Notes: generated by a model from the letters alone, not told the origin. Positions 49,682-59,054 are shown, numbered from the stretch's first letter. The stretch: 64,000 nucleotides of DNA from an uncultured Acidiferrobacteraceae bacterium (GCA_964343365.1 CAYFJI010000001.1:31102-95101); one strand, 5' to 3'. Translations and numbers: made by a program.

Positions 49682-49897
49682 AAGAGCAGGAAGGCCTTTC
49701 TAGGCAGCATACTGAAAAACAGGTGTAGGGGGCGAGAATAGTCAATTTCTGGACTGTTAAACGCGCATAATGATTTGTATATATAAATAAGGATGAGCGC
49801 TCTGAAATGGAATTTTTATTCGGTTCTGTTGTTGCTACCCAGCTTCGCTTTAATCTATACGTAGGGCGTAAGCAAGAAAAATCTCGGTCATAGCAAC

Positions 49898-51709
49898 TTG
49901 GCAAAAAAAATCAAACCGTCAATGCGTCTTGTGCATTTATCTCCGATCCGATCGAGTATTCATCGTTTAGTACCCGCGGTAATCGCAATCATAATAGCGG
50001 GACTTGCAGAAACTTTAGGGATAGGCTTGTTGTTGCCGATATTAAACTTATTTCAAAATCCAGAACTCGCAGTCAACTATTCTCTAGAAATAAAAAAATA
50101 TTCCGGGATAGAGCTAAATTTATCAGATATAACGCGGGCTCTATTTCTGGCACTAGTGCTTTTTTTTCTGATAGCAGGGATATTCCAGTTAGCAACCGAT
50201 ATGTTGGTTGCTAGACTGATTGAAGGTTTTAAGGCGGTTTGGCAGGAGCAAGTTTTGGCTAAATATCTCGTTCAAAATTATCAGTTTCACATTGATAGTA
50301 TGAGAGGTCAACTTATACAACGGCATATGGTTCATACGGATATGGCTGGTGAGTTAGTTTTGCAGATCTGTAATCTCTTACGGGATATTGTACTAGCGGT
50401 GTTTGTGTGTCTAATGCTCGCTATTTTCTCCCCAATTTTTATGGGGTTACTTGTAATTTTTATCGGGCCAGTGTTTTACCTTACGTTGATCTATTCCCGG
50501 AACACTATCAACAAGAAGGCTGAAGAAGCACAAACTTATGAAGGAAAAGCATTCTCTTTGAGCTCAGAGATTTTAGATGGCATTAAAGAGATATGGGCAT
50601 TTGGTATACAGAAAAGTATGAGCAAGAAATTTTCTAATCTAGTTCGTGATAGGAGGGACAGAAAAATATTTATTCGTTCTATTCAGAACATTCCCAGTGT
50701 GTTTCTAAGAACTCTAACCTTGGTAGCATTTACTGGAGTCTTATATTATTTAGTTGTTGCGGATCGGGGTGATCTGATCGGCGTATTGGGAGTATTTGGT
50801 ATTGGTTTATTCAGGGTTAATGGTGCAATTGCTCGTATCAATGCTTCTTTGGTGAAAATTTTTGGAAGCTGGCCATCGATTCGTATAGTAGCGGAAGAGT
50901 TAAATAGACCTGATAGCTCAAATGATAGTACAGTTGCGAAAATTCCGTTAGTTGACAAGATTACGTTCAATAATGTGTCATTTTCACATCCCAATAAAAG
51001 ATCATTTGCAATAAAAGATTTAAACCTAGAAATTGAAAGAGGAGCTATTGTAGGAATTGTTGGTCCGTCGGGCAGCGGAAAGAGCACATTACTCGGTCTT
51101 CTCTTGGGATTTCTAGAACCCGATAGTGGCGAAATACTGCTTAATGAAAGTGATATCAGAGAATATTCTCCAACTAGTTGGTTACAAACCATTGGATATA
51201 CTGGGCAAGAACCATTCGTTTTATCGGGAACTCTTTTTGACAACATAACTTTGGCGGAAACTAAAATAATCGATTCAGAAAAAATGGAGATAGTTAAAAA
51301 CTTAGCAAATTTGACCTCGTTTCTTGATTCATTGCCGTTGGGCTTAGACACAATAATTGGGGAAGGGGGCCTTGATTTGTCGGGAGGCCAGAGGCAGCGT
51401 TTAGCTATAGCCCGAGCGATTTATAGAGATCCCGCTATTTTTATTTTTGATGAAGCCACTAGTAATCTAGATAATAATTCGGCAAATTTAATACTTAACA
51501 ACCTAAAAGAATATTGTAAGCAACAAAAAAAGACATTAATCATGGTTGCTCATAAACTATCTTTAGTCTCGGATGCGGATATGATTATAGTTATGGAAGA
51601 TGGATTTTTGCGAGAAAAAGGACGGCATAAAGAACTCATGTCAAACAAAGACAGTTTATATCGAAACCTACATGAGAAGCCCAATTTCCTGGGCTTGGAA
51701 GAAGAGTAG
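49898..51709 (+). CDS. Fused ABC exporter (6-TM domain plus NBD; MsbA/PglK-like architecture)
   Basis: An N-terminal half with ~6 TM helices. The NBD has Walker A GPSGSGKST, signature LSGGQRQR and Walker B IFIFDEATS. Start is either TTG 49898 or ATG 49922. Confidence 0.85.
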   Translation: MAKKIKPSMRLVHLSPIRSSIHRLVPAVIAIIIAGLAETLGIGLLLPILNLFQNPELAVNYSLEIKKYSGIELNLSDITRALFLALVLFFLIAGIFQLATDMLVARLIEGFKAVWQEQVLAKYLVQNYQFHIDSMRGQLIQRHMVHTDMAGELVLQICNLLRDIVLAVFVCLMLAIFSPIFMGLLVIFIGPVFYLTLIYSRNTINKKAEEAQTYEGKAFSLSSEILDGIKEIWAFGIQKSMSKKFSNLVRDRRDRKIFIRSIQNIPSVFLRTLTLVAFTGVLYYLVVADRGDLIGVLGVFGIGLFRVNGAIARINASLVKIFGSWPSIRIVAEELNRPDSSNDSTVAKIPLVDKITFNNVSFSHPNKRSFAIKDLNLEIERGAIVGIVGPSGSGKSTLLGLLLGFLEPDSGEILLNESDIREYSPTSWLQTIGYTGQEPFVLSGTLFDNITLAETKIIDSEKMEIVKNLANLTSFLDSLPLGLDTIIGEGGLDLSGGQRQRLAIARAIYRDPAIFIFDEATSNLDNNSANLILNNLKEYCKQQKKTLIMVAHKLSLVSDADMIIVMEDGFLREKGRHKELMSNKDSLYRNLHEKPNFLGLEEE

Positions 51710-51731
51710 AAAATTGCTAAAGAATATTTAC

Positions 51732-53123
51732 ATGCTTGAAAATGAGTGTGGGCATTATACAAAAATTTTTTGTAACTTTCTTCCCGAGCATATGAAAGCA
51801 CTAGCGTTTTGCACGCCAGCAAGTTTTCGTGATCCTGAATCTGATGAGATGTGGCATCCCATTTTCTACAAAAAAAGGCCCCCAGAGCTATTCTTTTACC
51901 ATATTATTGGCTGTAGTCGCGCCATTCTCAGTGGATTCAAAAAATTTGTCCTCGGAAAATTTGGTAGCAGTAAGTTAGTAGTGTGTGATGGGGCAACCCA
52001 TTTATCATTTGGAAATGAAGTAGTTTGTCGGATAGAACCGGGAGGCAAGATATTCACAGAATATTTGTCGGAGGATGACCGAAAAAATACTCACTGGATG
52101 ATAGTTTCTGGCGCAGGAAGACTAGATTCTGTCTCAAGACTCCATGTGCTGAGTTTGCTCTACCAGTTTGTTTTAGCATGGATTAAGGCGTCAAATCATA
52201 CGCGAAAATCTTCTACAAGTTCACTTGTTTCTTTGCAAGTTTTTCGATGGATTCTTTCTTTAAGATGGGTGGTTCAATGGACATGGTGGTGTGCAATAGA
52301 GAACGCTATTTGTATAACTCATCCTGATAAAATTTTCTGTGTACATGAATTTCATCCTCTTTCACGCATAGTTTGGTACGTTTCAAAAAAGAAAAATATT
52401 AAAACAATCGCTGTTCAACATGCCATCATTAGTCGCGAAAAACTATGGTATTTTTCTACGAAAGCTGAAAAAGAAGCAGGCCTTTGTTTCCCAGATGTCT
52501 ATTACGTTTACAGTAATTCAGATCGAGATCTATTGCTGCCATATTTGCCCGCAACAACTAAAATTGAAATAGCATGTGGCCCAAGATACACTAAGTGGAA
52601 GATGCATATAGGACGCTGGTCAACTGCGGTTGGGAGTCAAAAAATTTTATTGTTTGTTCCTTCCTTAGCGTGGTGGGATAACCTCACAGTTCTCGAGGGG
52701 GTTAGAAAATGTGTGGAGCTAAATGAACGAAGTTACTTGATTGTAGTCAGATTGCATCCAAACGGGTCTGTCGCGCTAAAACAGAAACTTAGGCTTTGGC
52801 GCTGGGCAGGCTCTGAAAAGATTCGCCTTTCATCTGCAAATATTCATGATGACTTATTGGCAGCATCGGTCATAGTGGGCGCTACCTCCAGTGTTTTGAC
52901 TGAAGCTGCGCTGTTGGGTTGCCCTTCAATAAGTCTTGGTAATTCAAATTTTTCATACAGTCCAGTATATGCTGATCTAACGGTCAATATTTCCGACTTT
53001 ACTCTAGGTGATATAGATCAGGTGATGAAAAAGGAACAAAAAACAAGCGATGTAGTTCAGTTTCATGCAAAATCATTGGGAATGAATGAACCAGCTTTCC
53101 GTTTATGCGACACTATCCAATGA
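51732..53123 (+). CDS. Hypothetical protein (464 aa from ATG 51732), GT-B-like C-terminal half
   Basis: The listed ORF (from 51600) overlaps the ABC gene by 110 nt, so the ATG at 51732 (MLENECG...), just after the ABC stop, is preferred. The C-terminus VVRLHPNG...GATSSVLTEAALLGCPSISLG resembles the nucleotide-sugar-binding half of GT-B/capsule-synthesis proteins. Confidence 0.5.
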   Translation: MLENECGHYTKIFCNFLPEHMKALAFCTPASFRDPESDEMWHPIFYKKRPPELFFYHIIGCSRAILSGFKKFVLGKFGSSKLVVCDGATHLSFGNEVVCRIEPGGKIFTEYLSEDDRKNTHWMIVSGAGRLDSVSRLHVLSLLYQFVLAWIKASNHTRKSSTSSLVSLQVFRWILSLRWVVQWTWWCAIENAICITHPDKIFCVHEFHPLSRIVWYVSKKKNIKTIAVQHAIISREKLWYFSTKAEKEAGLCFPDVYYVYSNSDRDLLLPYLPATTKIEIACGPRYTKWKMHIGRWSTAVGSQKILLFVPSLAWWDNLTVLEGVRKCVELNERSYLIVVRLHPNGSVALKQKLRLWRWAGSEKIRLSSANIHDDLLAASVIVGATSSVLTEAALLGCPSISLGNSNFSYSPVYADLTVNISDFTLGDIDQVMKKEQKTSDVVQFHAKSLGMNEPAFRLCDTIQ

Positions 53124-53154
53124 AAGCTAGAGAAAATTGTTTAAATTATAAAAA

Positions 53155-53973
53155 ATGATTATTAGTGGCAAGAGTTCCTTAGTAAGAATTGCTCGGAAGT
53201 CTTTGGCTCGCGCGGGCGTGATAAATCCTTTTAGAGGCTTGTTTAAAGAAATTGAGTTTGAGACATTAACTTATTGCAACAGAAAGTGTACTTATTGTCC
53301 AAATGTCGATTATGAAAGATTCGGCGAGGCAGAAAATTTTTTTATGCAAGAGGATGTTTTTACTACATTGATTGATCAGTTGGTTGACCTCAAATTTGAA
53401 GGCGAGCTTGCGCCTCACCTTTATGGTGAACCGATGGCTGATCCAAGGCTAAGTCAATGGATGGCGTATATAAGGAAAAAGTTGCCAGCTTGCAAAATTA
53501 AGATAGTTACCAATGGCGATTTTCTTGATGAAGCTAGCTACGGTGAGCTAATTAATTCGGGTATCGATTATTTTGTTATATCAAAGCATGGTGAAAAATT
53601 TAAGAAAGGATTTAGAGTGTTGTACGAAAAACTAAGTGAAGAAGAGAGAAACAACAGGCTTATAGTCCGTGATTTTTTTGACAATTTCTCCAAAGACCAA
53701 TCTATGATTAACACCCGAGGTGGGGAAGTTGCCGTAGAGCGTTCAGCTGAAAAAAAACAGCCAGTCAATTGTGTCTATGCAACTTACCCTGTGATCAATG
53801 TTTTTGGTGATCTTGTGCTATGTTGTCAGGACTACAAAAGTAACTATGTTTTTGGAAATATTGCGGAAAGCCATTTACGTGATTTGTGGTTCGACCCCAA
53901 CAATATTGCAATTAGAAGACGAATCTTTCAGTCGCATTTCGATTTGGAGATTTGCCAGAAATGTTACATGTAG
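53155..53973 (+). CDS. Small radical SAM protein with a truncated SPASM/twitch-like C-terminal Cys motif
   Basis: CNRKCTYC (CxxxCxxC) near the N-terminus. The C-terminal C-x12-G-x4-C (NCVYATYPVINVFGDLVLCC) and a terminal CQKC give 5 C-terminal Cys in total. 272 aa. Confidence 0.75.
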   Translation: MIISGKSSLVRIARKSLARAGVINPFRGLFKEIEFETLTYCNRKCTYCPNVDYERFGEAENFFMQEDVFTTLIDQLVDLKFEGELAPHLYGEPMADPRLSQWMAYIRKKLPACKIKIVTNGDFLDEASYGELINSGIDYFVISKHGEKFKKGFRVLYEKLSEEERNNRLIVRDFFDNFSKDQSMINTRGGEVAVERSAEKKQPVNCVYATYPVINVFGDLVLCCQDYKSNYVFGNIAESHLRDLWFDPNNIAIRRRIFQSHFDLEICQKCYM

Positions 53974-54065
53974 CTTGTTGGCTATTCGCGAATCACATAT
54001 TAAAAAGTTATTAAACATTCTTAATGGTAGCGACTATTATTTTCAAAATTATCGGGAAATGAGAA

Positions 54066-54476
54066 TTGGCTAAACATTTATTGAAAAAAGAGGAAAAAAA
54101 AATAATCTTTGATATCGTCAGAGCAGAAGAAGTAGACGTTAATTTGCTTTTTTGGAAAGAAAGGATAATAGGATTAAATATTTTCACGGTGCTTTTGTTT
54201 CAACCTCAGCAATATTATTTTTTATTTGAGAGGATTGAAGATGCGATAGTAGGAAAAAATTTTTTTCCATATTGGGAAAATAAAGATAAGTATAAGGAAT
54301 CAGAGAAAAATGACATATTAGAAATTCAATTGCATTGCTGGATTTCAGGTATCAAACGCATTCGAAAAAGGCAGGAACAGCTATTTGTGCCAGTGGATGA
54401 TGGTGCTTCCAGAAGAAGAAGTTTTTCACGTGTTTCTGAAACGATTAGATTTGCACTTAACAAGGCTGAAGAGTAA
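54066..54476 (+). CDS. Hypothetical ORF (136 aa), coding status doubtful
   Basis: An open frame with a TTG start and no recognisable motif or obvious SD. It fills the spacing between the radical SAM gene and the heparinase-like gene. Confidence 0.25.
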   Translation: MAKHLLKKEEKKIIFDIVRAEEVDVNLLFWKERIIGLNIFTVLLFQPQQYYFLFERIEDAIVGKNFFPYWENKDKYKESEKNDILEIQLHCWISGIKRIRKRQEQLFVPVDDGASRRRSFSRVSETIRFALNKAEE

Positions 54477-54517
54477 AGCTTTCTCTAATCAAAAAGCTTA
54501 ACCTAATCGATCTCATC

Positions 54518-55645
54518 ATGAGGCGTACTTTATTCACATCTGGTATATCAAAACCTTATGGGGAGTACTGGTTTTTTTTGCGATGGATAGTATTAAAATT
54601 TAAATTATTTACGGTAACTTTTTGGATCGTTCGGAAATTGATAAATAGAGCGCGATTAAGAGGAAATAGACTTAATGCTTATCCACCAGAAGTACGTGCG
54701 TTAGTTTTAAAGACTTCAATTTGTCTTAATTTTTCTAATATTCATAAAGTAAACACTCTGGAAAAAATTGAATGCAAGAAATTTGAAGGGCCAGAAAGCA
54801 TTCAACTGGCTAGTTGTGAGCTGGGTATTGTCGCTGGAAAAATTGACTGGCTCTTTACTTATTCAGATTCCGAGGATGAGGAATCTTTGCATCGTTGGAA
54901 TTTCTTAATACACCTTCTTGGTAAGAAAATTAAAAATCAGGAGCACTTATTTTGGGCTGGAGAACAAGTTAATGTTTGGGTTAATATGTTCCAACAAGAA
55001 ATAAAGTCGTTAAAAAAAAATCGAATTAGAGCGCTTCGATGGGAAAGTTATACACTCAGTGAGCGTTTAGCAAATTTCACTATCTTTTGTAAAATGTCTG
55101 GCATAAAACCCGCACTTCATGTAGTTGAGGCGCTGGTTGAACAAGCGAATCATCTGACAAGAAATTTGGAGTATCACGGGAATTATACGGGGAATCATGT
55201 TGTTAACAATGGCAGATGCCTTTATCTTTTTGGTAGTAATTTTGGGATCTCAAGATTTTCTGAATTAGGTCGAGATTTGATTATGCGCGAACTGCCGGAC
55301 TTAGTTTCCTCGGAAGGTTTCGTTCGTGAGGGAAGCACGCATTATCAATTTCTGATTACCCGTTGGTTGCTGGAAGTTAGGTTTTTTGCTCAATCTAATA
55401 ATGATTTTGATTTCCTCAAGATGTTAGATAAGTATTGTGAAAAGTTAGAAAGCAAATGCCAATTTTTCCAAACCGGCGATACTAAGGATTGCTTGAGGGA
55501 ATATCCACTATTTGGAGATATATCACCAGACTGTTCTCCAGAGTGGCTTCTCCATCTATCTTTTAGCCGACTGAGTAGGGAATCCAATTCTGAGGATTAC
55601 ACTTCATGTTTACCAGAATTATCATGGAACTGGATCTGGGAATAG
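54518..55645 (+). CDS. Heparinase II/III-family protein, N-terminal (alpha/alpha toroid) part only
   Basis: Motifs typical of the N-terminal domain: LHRWNFL, WESYTLSERLANFTIF, GNHVVNNGRCLYLFG. The ORF ends at TAG 55643-55645, before the beta-sandwich domain that normally follows in one polypeptide. Confidence 0.6.
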   Translation: MRRTLFTSGISKPYGEYWFFLRWIVLKFKLFTVTFWIVRKLINRARLRGNRLNAYPPEVRALVLKTSICLNFSNIHKVNTLEKIECKKFEGPESIQLASCELGIVAGKIDWLFTYSDSEDEESLHRWNFLIHLLGKKIKNQEHLFWAGEQVNVWVNMFQQEIKSLKKNRIRALRWESYTLSERLANFTIFCKMSGIKPALHVVEALVEQANHLTRNLEYHGNYTGNHVVNNGRCLYLFGSNFGISRFSELGRDLIMRELPDLVSSEGFVREGSTHYQFLITRWLLEVRFFAQSNNDFDFLKMLDKYCEKLESKCQFFQTGDTKDCLREYPLFGDISPDCSPEWLLHLSFSRLSRESNSEDYTSCLPELSWNWIWE

Positions 55646-55679
55646 AATCTCAAGAATCTTGATTAGCTGATAACTTACT

Positions 55680-56420
55680 ATGGCAAAGTTAGTTTACCCA
55701 GAGGACGGATGGTATAGATTTGAAAAGTTTGGGCAGTTATTATTCTTACGAGGCATTCCAACGCGTCATTTAATGCGAGCTGGGCACTATCATCAAGACG
55801 TAGGGCATTTCACCTTGCATCGATTAGGCGTGCCCATCTTAGTGGATGGAGGCCGACGAAATTATACTAGCGATGAGTGGGGTAGATTTGGCCTAAGACC
55901 AGAAGCCCACAATACTATAACTATCAATAATTATGGGATAAACCCGGATCGGCCGACTAGATTTCCAAGAAATTATGCTGACCCAAAATTAACGATAACT
56001 AATTTCGAAAGCGACGACTTGCTCCAAATCGATATACAAACTAGTGGTTTTAATCGCATTCATCCTTCCTTGAATTGGCATCGAAGAATACAAATGTACT
56101 ATGAAAGATTTGAAATCAACGATGTTATTACGGGAATCAATCAATATTTAATTGCTAGTTTTTTACATTTTTCGTACTCAATGCAAATGACCAGAGAAAC
56201 TAAGAATACCCTACGGTTTGGAAAAGGAGATGTGCAGGGTTTGTTCAAGTATGAGCACTCAAACCAGTGCCAGCCAAAATTATATAGAGGAGGTCAATCT
56301 CTTTTTGGGTGGCAGGCTACTACTTATGGAAAAGCCTTAGAGGCTCCAACTCTAGTTTTTCGAGAGCGGATTAAATTACCTGTCAAGTATTCTTACAAAA
56401 TTATTTGGGGTGAAGCGTGA
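55680..56420 (+). CDS. Heparinase II/III-family protein, C-terminal domain part
   Basis: AGHYHQDVGHFTLHRLGVPILVDGGRRNY...EAHNTITINN matches the Hepar_II_III C-terminal signature (HxHxD..sf.l...G..l.D.G...Y...aHNT). It is in a different frame from the N-terminal part. Confidence 0.65.
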   Translation: MAKLVYPEDGWYRFEKFGQLLFLRGIPTRHLMRAGHYHQDVGHFTLHRLGVPILVDGGRRNYTSDEWGRFGLRPEAHNTITINNYGINPDRPTRFPRNYADPKLTITNFESDDLLQIDIQTSGFNRIHPSLNWHRRIQMYYERFEINDVITGINQYLIASFLHFSYSMQMTRETKNTLRFGKGDVQGLFKYEHSNQCQPKLYRGGQSLFGWQATTYGKALEAPTLVFRERIKLPVKYSYKIIWGEA

Positions 56421-58267
56421 TGTGTGGTATTGCAGGAATATTTCGTTTCGATGGAAAGCCTGTGCAGCGAGAAGCTATCGAGCTAATGAACCAAAGTATG
56501 TTCGATAGAGGCCCCGATTCGGGAGGAATATATTTGGATCGAGATTTAGGTATGGGCGCTCGAAGGCTTTCGATTATCGATGTAGAGAATGGTAATCAAC
56601 CATTGACGAATAGGGATGGCCGTCTTTCTGTTGTGATGAATGGAGAGATATATAATCACTTAGAATTACGAAAAGATTTGCAAGCGAAAGGTTATGTCTT
56701 TAATACCAGATCAGATACGGAGGTATTGCTACACATGTATGATGAGTATGGCAAGAAGTGTTTGCAATACTTAATTGGTATGTTCGCGTTTGCAATATGG
56801 AATAAAACTGACAGAACACTTTGGTTGGCAAGAGATAGATTTGGAATTAAGCCTATTGTATTTTACCAAGATAAAAATATGTTTTGTTTTGCGTCAACAC
56901 AAACTGCATTGTTGAAACTACCAGAAATAAAAAAATCCCTAAATAGCGATGGCTTGCTTCTTTATCTTCTCTTATCCTATATTCCTGCGCCCAAAACAAT
57001 ATGGAAGGGCATACAAAAATTGTTGCCAGGTCGATCACTGAAAGTGGATAACAGAAGTATAGAGATTGAACAGTATTGGAATGTGACGTCAGGGCGTCGG
57101 AAAAATGGCTATGATCAAGAAGTAGATCACCAGATTAGGGAAATTTTTCATCGATCTGTTGAACTAAATAGTCGGAGTGATGTTCCAGTTGGTATCTTTT
57201 TAAGTGGCGGTCTTGATAGCACTGCGATAACTTCAAGTTACTGCCGACAGAAAAATAATGATGTTCATACTTTCACCGTTGACTGTGAAGGAAAACACTC
57301 AATGGAGGGTGATTTTGCCAAAATTGCGGCAAATCAATATCAGACTAATCATCATCATTATAAACTTTCCAGTGACCAGAGTTTTCTTGAACTAGATGAG
57401 TTGTTGGAAAAATTTGATGAACCAATAGGCGATTCAGCTAGTATATCTTCATATTACTTATCAAAGCGTGCCGCTGAAAATGGCATTAAAGTAGTTTTGT
57501 GTGGCGCTGGAAGTGATGAGCTGTTTGGTGGTTATTCGCGCCATTATAGAAATCGACGAAATTTTTTTTCCGGCAAGTCTTCCCTAATTCCATGGCAGTT
57601 GTTGCAGCGTGTTGGAAAATCGAATTTAGAGATATTGCACTATGCTTCTATTGGGTGGGATAGAGGAACCTCATTCGGGTTATCAACATCTGGGGCACAT
57701 ATAGGTTTGCTCAACAAACTATTAGACAATAAAGAAGTTTTGTTTGAGGGTTTACAGTTGGTCAGGGATCAGTTTAGTATGTTGATTCATCTAGAAAAGA
57801 CAGAGGGTTTCCAATACAGCCGACTCTTAACAGACATATCTAATTATCTACCCGACAATGTCCTAGCATTGTTCGATAAAACTACTATGGCTGCCTCTGT
57901 GGAAGGCCGTGTACCATTTTTAGATCATACACTTGCTGAACTAATATTTTCTGAGCCACCAGAAAAAATGTTATCTAATAATTTTGTAGATGCAAAGTGC
58001 AAACTAAAAAGCGTGCTTGCTCGGGAAATCCCAACTCAAATCCGGAATCGCAGTAAAGTGGGTTTTGACGGCCCGGTAAATTATTGGATCAACTCAAATT
58101 GTTCCTTTAGAGACCGCTTGCTAGATTTAGTTAATCCGGATCTAAAGTTATTAATTTCTCATCAACAAATAAAGACCCTCCTCAACCAAGAAACCTTGCA
58201 TCCAGGATTGGCTCATGTACTGTTTAAGCTATATGTTCTGGATTCTTGGTTAGAAAAACATGCTTAG
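56420..58267 (+). CDS. Asparagine synthase (glutamine-hydrolysing)-family amidotransferase, glycan-locus paralogue
   Basis: MCGIAGIF (Cys2 Ntn nucleophile), the RGPD motif and the PP-loop SGGLDST. The ATG at 56420 overlaps the upstream TGA (TGATG). Confidence 0.88.
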   Translation: MCGIAGIFRFDGKPVQREAIELMNQSMFDRGPDSGGIYLDRDLGMGARRLSIIDVENGNQPLTNRDGRLSVVMNGEIYNHLELRKDLQAKGYVFNTRSDTEVLLHMYDEYGKKCLQYLIGMFAFAIWNKTDRTLWLARDRFGIKPIVFYQDKNMFCFASTQTALLKLPEIKKSLNSDGLLLYLLLSYIPAPKTIWKGIQKLLPGRSLKVDNRSIEIEQYWNVTSGRRKNGYDQEVDHQIREIFHRSVELNSRSDVPVGIFLSGGLDSTAITSSYCRQKNNDVHTFTVDCEGKHSMEGDFAKIAANQYQTNHHHYKLSSDQSFLELDELLEKFDEPIGDSASISSYYLSKRAAENGIKVVLCGAGSDELFGGYSRHYRNRRNFFSGKSSLIPWQLLQRVGKSNLEILHYASIGWDRGTSFGLSTSGAHIGLLNKLLDNKEVLFEGLQLVRDQFSMLIHLEKTEGFQYSRLLTDISNYLPDNVLALFDKTTMAASVEGRVPFLDHTLAELIFSEPPEKMLSNNFVDAKCKLKSVLAREIPTQIRNRSKVGFDGPVNYWINSNCSFRDRLLDLVNPDLKLLISHQQIKTLLNQETLHPGLAHVLFKLYVLDSWLEKHA

Positions 58268-59054
58268 TTCAATTGAAAAAAAAATAAAAATATCAGTTGT
58301 ATGTCCCACTCATAATTCTGCGCGCTATATTACTAGAGCTATCTCTTCAATTTTTCATCAGGACGAAGGCCCAGATCAATTAATTTTTTGTGACGATGGA
58401 TCAGTAGACAATACTGTACCTATACTGCAAGACTGGATACAGAAGTTCTCTGATAGAGATACTGAAATGATTGTAAAGAAATTTCCTCATCAAGGTCCTG
58501 GAGCCACGAGAAACCATGGAATTGCTCTGGCGAGCAATCCATGGATTGCATTTCTTGATTCGGATGATACTTGGGAAAAAGTAAAGTTATTACGGGTACG
58601 CACGGAAATAGAAAAATCTGAACAAAAAAATTTTGTTCTCCATTGGGAAAAAAAAATATATTCCGATGGACGTCAAAGTCTAATGCGTCATGGAGAAGAA
58701 TATAAAAATGAGTCGTCGATTAGTCGGCTTTTATACAAAAAAAATATATTCTCTACCTCAGCGGTAGTTTGTCGAAGAGAATTATTGCAAAACCTTGGTG
58801 GATTTGACCCAACTTTACCCAATGCTCAAGATTATGATTTGTGGTTACGTGCATCCGATCAGATGAAGCTCTTGGTAATACCGGAGGTACTTGGTCATTG
58901 TTTTGATGAGGCTGATAGTATTAGTGCTAGACCATATGCAAACAGATATAAATCGCGACTTAGAGTTGCTTGGCGACATCGGAAGAAAGGTAGATCTATG
59001 GAATGTTACCTTAAATTTGGAAAAATTTTGTTTTCACGACAATGGTTTGTTTAA
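58260..59054 (+). CDS. Family 2 glycosyltransferase
   Basis: ISVVCPTHNSARYI, DDGSVDNT and the LDSDD (DxD) motif. 264 aa with no TM segments. It overlaps the upstream gene by 8 nt. Confidence 0.8.
   Translation: MLSSIEKKIKISVVCPTHNSARYITRAISSIFHQDEGPDQLIFCDDGSVDNTVPILQDWIQKFSDRDTEMIVKKFPHQGPGATRNHGIALASNPWIAFLDSDDTWEKVKLLRVRTEIEKSEQKNFVLHWEKKIYSDGRQSLMRHGEEYKNESSISRLLYKKNIFSTSAVVCRRELLQNLGGFDPTLPNAQDYDLWLRASDQMKLLVIPEVLGHCFDEADSISARPYANRYKSRLRVAWRHRKKGRSMECYLKFGKILFSRQWFV

Noticed and set aside
50746-51351. A 201-aa ORF antisense to the ABC exporter. Similar long antisense ORFs occur elsewhere, for example 9390-9839 opposite nudC, 38328-38714 opposite the IMPDH-like gene, and 135-506 opposite lysA.
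   Set aside because: Each lies entirely inside a gene with strong family motifs on the other strand. The translations are low-complexity and Ser/Pro/Arg/Ile-rich with no recognisable motif, as expected for shadow ORFs.
51600-51731. The N-terminal 44 codons of the listed 507-aa ORF overlap the ABC exporter gene by 110 nt.
   Set aside because: An ATG at 51732 lies just after the ABC stop (51709) and gives a sensible non-overlapping gene. The upstream extension is most simply an open-frame artefact.
49898-58267. A RiPP or lasso-peptide reading: an Asn-synthase homologue (lasso cyclases are AsnB-like), an ABC exporter and a radical SAM/SPASM protein.
   Set aside because: The AsnB homologue keeps the MCGI Cys2 glutaminase nucleophile and PP-loop typical of true amidotransferases. 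There is no B-type cysteine protease or RRE gene and I found no plausible precursor ORF. The neighbours are glycan enzymes (GT2, deacetylase, dehydratase, GT4).
58276-58656. A9 homopolymer tracts in the GT2 gene (58276-58284 near its start and 58648-58656) and in the heparinase-like N-part (55012-55020), as possible slipped-strand phase-variation switches.
   Set aside because: Equally long A/T runs occur in core genes of this AT-rich sequence, for example T9 in recB at 23202-23210 and T9 in rhlB. The tracts are therefore not specific to contingency-type loci. Population read data would be needed to show length variation.
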